A DNA stretch of 64,000 nt, taken from the NCBI GenBank assembly GCA_036401895.1, contig DASWTW010000024.1:1730-65729 (forward strand). Direction: 5' to 3'. The notes below the pieces were generated by a model that saw nothing but the letters and a program-made list of their open reading frames with translations, was not told the DNA's origin and made no database searches. The DNA comes from Herpetosiphonaceae bacterium. Its GTDB lineage: Bacteria > Chloroflexota > Chloroflexia > Chloroflexales > Kallotenuaceae. Below are positions 61,443-64,000 of the stretch, piece after piece. How positions within the stretch are numbered: the first letter of the stretch is position 1; each line of letters starts with the position of its first letter. The position numbers were made by a program, and so were the translations under genes.

Positions 61443-64000
61443 GTGACAACATATCCTTGGCGTGCTGCGCTGACGCGGTGGGGCGATGCACTTTTCAGGC
61501 TTGCTCTGCTGCTCACCGATGACCGAACAGCCGCTGAGCGTGCAACAATTCAGGCTTTCACGCGAAGCTTTGCCAGTCCAAGCGAAGACCCCGAGACGGC
61601 GCTCTACGCCGCGCTGCTTCAGCACAAGCTAGGGCGGCGCAATCCGCTGCGGCGTCGCAGCTTGCCGCGCGTCCTGGATCGCGTCGCGCCGACGGACCGC
61701 GTGCTGCTGGGAGCGTGGCTGCTGCGCGACATCGACGGGCCGCGCCTGCTGGCGATTGCGGGACAGCCGGCTGAGGTCGTGCTGCCGCGTCTGGCAGCGG
61801 CCGTTGAGCCGTTTCTCGACGTCGAAGACTCGTCGGCCGCCGACACCGATTCCCGCCAGATGTTCGAGCACTGGCTACGGCGACGGCTGGGCTTAGCCCC
61901 GGCCACAGCGGTCGAAGGGACGGCCTACGATCGGGCGCAGAGCAACGAGTGGCAGGCCGCGCTGGACGAGCTGCGGCAAACATTGCGTGAGGCCGTCGGC
62001 AAGCAGCACCTCCCGACAACCTGCGTCGAGCAGATCGAGATCGAGATGCTTGAGCCGCGTACGGACGAGCAGACGCGCTGGTGGCAGCAGCGCGCGGCGC
62101 TGATCGGCGCGCTGGCGGTGGTGCTCGCGCTGATCTGGATCGTCAAGCCGTGGCAGCAGGGCCTGAATGGGCCGGCCGGCGCCGCGCTCACTTCCAAGGA
62201 GCTGATTCAGAAAACCCTCGATGGCTGGACGACCATGCCGGTCACCGGCACGCTGCACCTGAAAGTTGTCGCGAGCGAGCCGCGTCTTGGGCAGCGGCCA
62301 CTAACGACCGATGTCTGGCTGACCGCCGAGAGCGCGCAGCATCGCGTCGAGGTGCGCAACGGCAACTCATTGATCGAGTGGCAGATCGGCGATGACAAAA
62401 ATAAGCTCAGCTACGCCGCCTTTCCGCTCTCCTCCTCCTGTGAGTGGGCCGTCGAAGCCTCGGTGCTGGATCAAACGGCGCGCACCTTTTCACTTTCGGC
62501 GGAGCAGCAGCGCGCAGCACGTGATGCGGCCCTGACGCGCGGCGCGTACGGACAGGGCTATCTCGCGCTTCAGGACGCGCTGGCCGCGCCCGACCTGCGC
62601 TCGTTCGGCACGCGCATCGAGGGCAAAACTACGCTGCTGGTGCTCGGCTTCACCGATCGTCGCAGCACGCCGGAGCGCAAGCTGCTGCTGTGGATCGATC
62701 CCGCCAGCTACACGCTGCACGCGGTGCGCGAGGTCGCGGATGCCGGCGGACAGTCGAATGCGCACGATCTGTGGCGGCTGCAAAGCAGCGAAGAGCTGGA
62801 GAGCAAGATCTCATCAGTGCCGCCGTCGTGGCCCGGACAAAAGCAGCAGCGAGAGCAGCTGCTGGACCCACGCTGTCCTGGTCTTGATCAAGACCATATC
62901 TTGAGCCTGCGCTCGTTTTTGAGTAGCCGCTGGTGGAACTTTCAGCAGTGGTATCTGCCTGCCGAGCCGCCGAAAGACACCGAATTCGCCGCGCTGGTCA
63001 CACCTTCTTTTGCTGCGTCGGGCATCCTCGACAGCGGCCTGGTCAGCGCGATCTTTGTCAGCGATGATCGCTGGCTCCAGCTGCAAATGGTTGCCCGCGA
63101 TTCGAGCCCATCCACCGGCATCGATCGCAATGGCTGGCGCGTGAGATTCGATGAGGATAGCAGCATTGTGCGCGGCAGCGCTTGCCGGCGCTTCACCGAC
63201 ACACGCAGCGGCTTTTGTATCCCATCGATCAGCTTCAGGGCGCAGGGCTGGACGCAGGAAGAGCTGCTGACGCTGATCGAGTCGTTCAGGCCGCTCGATG
63301 GCCAGGCCTGGCTACAATATAACGATCTATTCCTCGATCCGCAGCCGCTCACCGCCGACGCTCAAACAGTGGTGGAGCAGTCGGTCGCCGCAATTCAGCA
63401 GCTCAAGCAGGGATCGCTCTACAGCGTCGCCGAGGGCCGCGCCCGCGTCGATCCTAATCAGCCCAGGTTTCAAGATCCCTATCACATCCCGCTGGAGCTG
63501 GTGTATCCCGATCATATGACCCACGAGCAGTGGCTGGTTTTTGCCGACGCTCAGGTCGCACAGTATCGCAGTATCACCAAGAATCTTCAGGGAGCGCTGC
63601 TTTCTACCCAGATCAACGATGGCAAGCAGTACAGCGAATATCACCTGGCCACGAGTACGCTGTGGCGCACTCCTGCGCAGAGCTTCGACGGCTACAGGCC
63701 GTCAACATCCTGGATCGGCGAAGAGCTGCTCTTCTCGCTGATCACGAGCCGGGAGCCGATTACCGCGCGCAAAGACAACGACGGCTGGGTGCTGGAGCAG
63801 GCGTTTTATGAGCAGCCGAATCAGGATGGTTGGTTCGACGATCGCTATATCAGCGTATCGAACGTGAGAGCCTGGATTGAAGATCTAACGGTTCGTGAGT
63901 TCATCCGTCGCATCTGGATCGATCCTGTAACTTCGCTACCGCTTAAGACGGCGATTGTTCAGCGTGACGCACAGGGCAATGAGCTTGAGATCCTGGCTAT
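61443..64000 (+). CDS. Large membrane-anchored protein (over 850 aa; 3' end outside window): N-terminal degenerate ECF sigma-70 r2/r4-like region, single TM helix, large C-terminal extracytoplasmic domain
   Basis: Hand translation from GTG 61443 (AGGAGG 4 nt upstream) to the window end shows no in-frame stop. The N-terminus resembles sigma region 2 (...ALFRLALLLTDDRTAAERATIQAF...) and region 4 (...PTDRVLLGAWLLRDIDGPRLLAIAGQP...). A TM helix follows (LIGALAVVLALIWIV). This ORF is absent from the supplied track, which instead lists antisense shadows. Confidence 0.5.
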   Translation, partial: MTTYPWRAALTRWGDALFRLALLLTDDRTAAERATIQAFTRSFASPSEDPETALYAALLQHKLGRRNPLRRRSLPRVLDRVAPTDRVLLGAWLLRDIDGPRLLAIAGQPAEVVLPRLAAAVEPFLDVEDSSAADTDSRQMFEHWLRRRLGLAPATAVEGTAYDRAQSNEWQAALDELRQTLREAVGKQHLPTTCVEQIEIEMLEPRTDEQTRWWQQRAALIGALAVVLALIWIVKPWQQGLNGPAGAALTSKELIQKTLDGWTTMPVTGTLHLKVVASEPRLGQRPLTTDVWLTAESAQHRVEVRNGNSLIEWQIGDDKNKLSYAAFPLSSSCEWAVEASVLDQTARTFSLSAEQQRAARDAALTRGAYGQGYLALQDALAAPDLRSFGTRIEGKTTLLVLGFTDRRSTPERKLLLWIDPASYTLHAVREVADAGGQSNAHDLWRLQSSEELESKISSVPPSWPGQKQQREQLLDPRCPGLDQDHILSLRSFLSSRWWNFQQWYLPAEPPKDTEFAALVTPSFAASGILDSGLVSAIFVSDDRWLQLQMVARDSSPSTGIDRNGWRVRFDEDSSIVRGSACRRFTDTRSGFCIPSISFRAQGWTQEELLTLIESFRPLDGQAWLQYNDLFLDPQPLTADAQTVVEQSVAAIQQLKQGSLYSVAEGRARVDPNQPRFQDPYHIPLELVYPDHMTHEQWLVFADAQVAQYRSITKNLQGALLSTQINDGKQYSEYHLATSTLWRTPAQSFDGYRPSTSWIGEELLFSLITSREPITARKDNDGWVLEQAFYEQPNQDGWFDDRYISVSNVRAWIEDLTVREFIRRIWIDPVTSLPLKTAIVQRDAQGNELEILA

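Noticed and set aside
61558-62258. Minus-strand ORFs (153, 95, 121 aa)
   Set aside because: Antisense to the long open plus-strand frame starting at 61443, which has sigma-like and TM features; the shadow ORFs are R/A/P low complexity

Overview
High-GC (about 65%) bacterial chromosomal window with strong AGGAGG-type ribosome-binding sites and many 4-bp ATGA/GTGA start-stop overlaps, indicating operons. Gene content (T. maritima-type DAHP synthase, CHAT/STAND, PQQ-propeller Ser/Thr kinase, DUF1206) loosely suggests a Chloroflexota-like organism, but this is inference only. The window is mostly housekeeping genes: a dhaK-dhaL-glpK-dhaM(EIIA)-HPr-EI glycerol/DHA operon, DAHP synthase, guaB, fabF, rnc, prs, glpD, moaA, apbC, upp, fmt, serS, psuG, a SEDS rodA/ftsW-like gene and others. 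Accessory content of note: (1) a 1212-aa CHAT (caspase-like protease)-NB-ARC/STAND-TPR gene next to tRNA-Val(CAC), with an AT-rich unassigned flank and a tiny charged membrane protein downstream, which is a candidate defence or cell-death module; (2) an IS5-family insertion with TTAA junctions; (3) a low-GC mini-insert encoding a HicB-like protein between rodA and a Ser/Thr kinase-PP2C-vWA-FHA cassette; (4) an abundant family of composite intergenic repeats (palindromic GAACNNN heptamer arrays plus a conserved GC-rich hairpin module) in at least 10 intergenic gaps; (5) a long open reading frame running off the 3' end of the window (61443 onward) that is missing from the supplied ORF track and looks like a membrane-anchored ECF-sigma-like protein. 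Many long ORFs in the track are antisense shadows of real genes, as expected in high-GC DNA, and were rejected.
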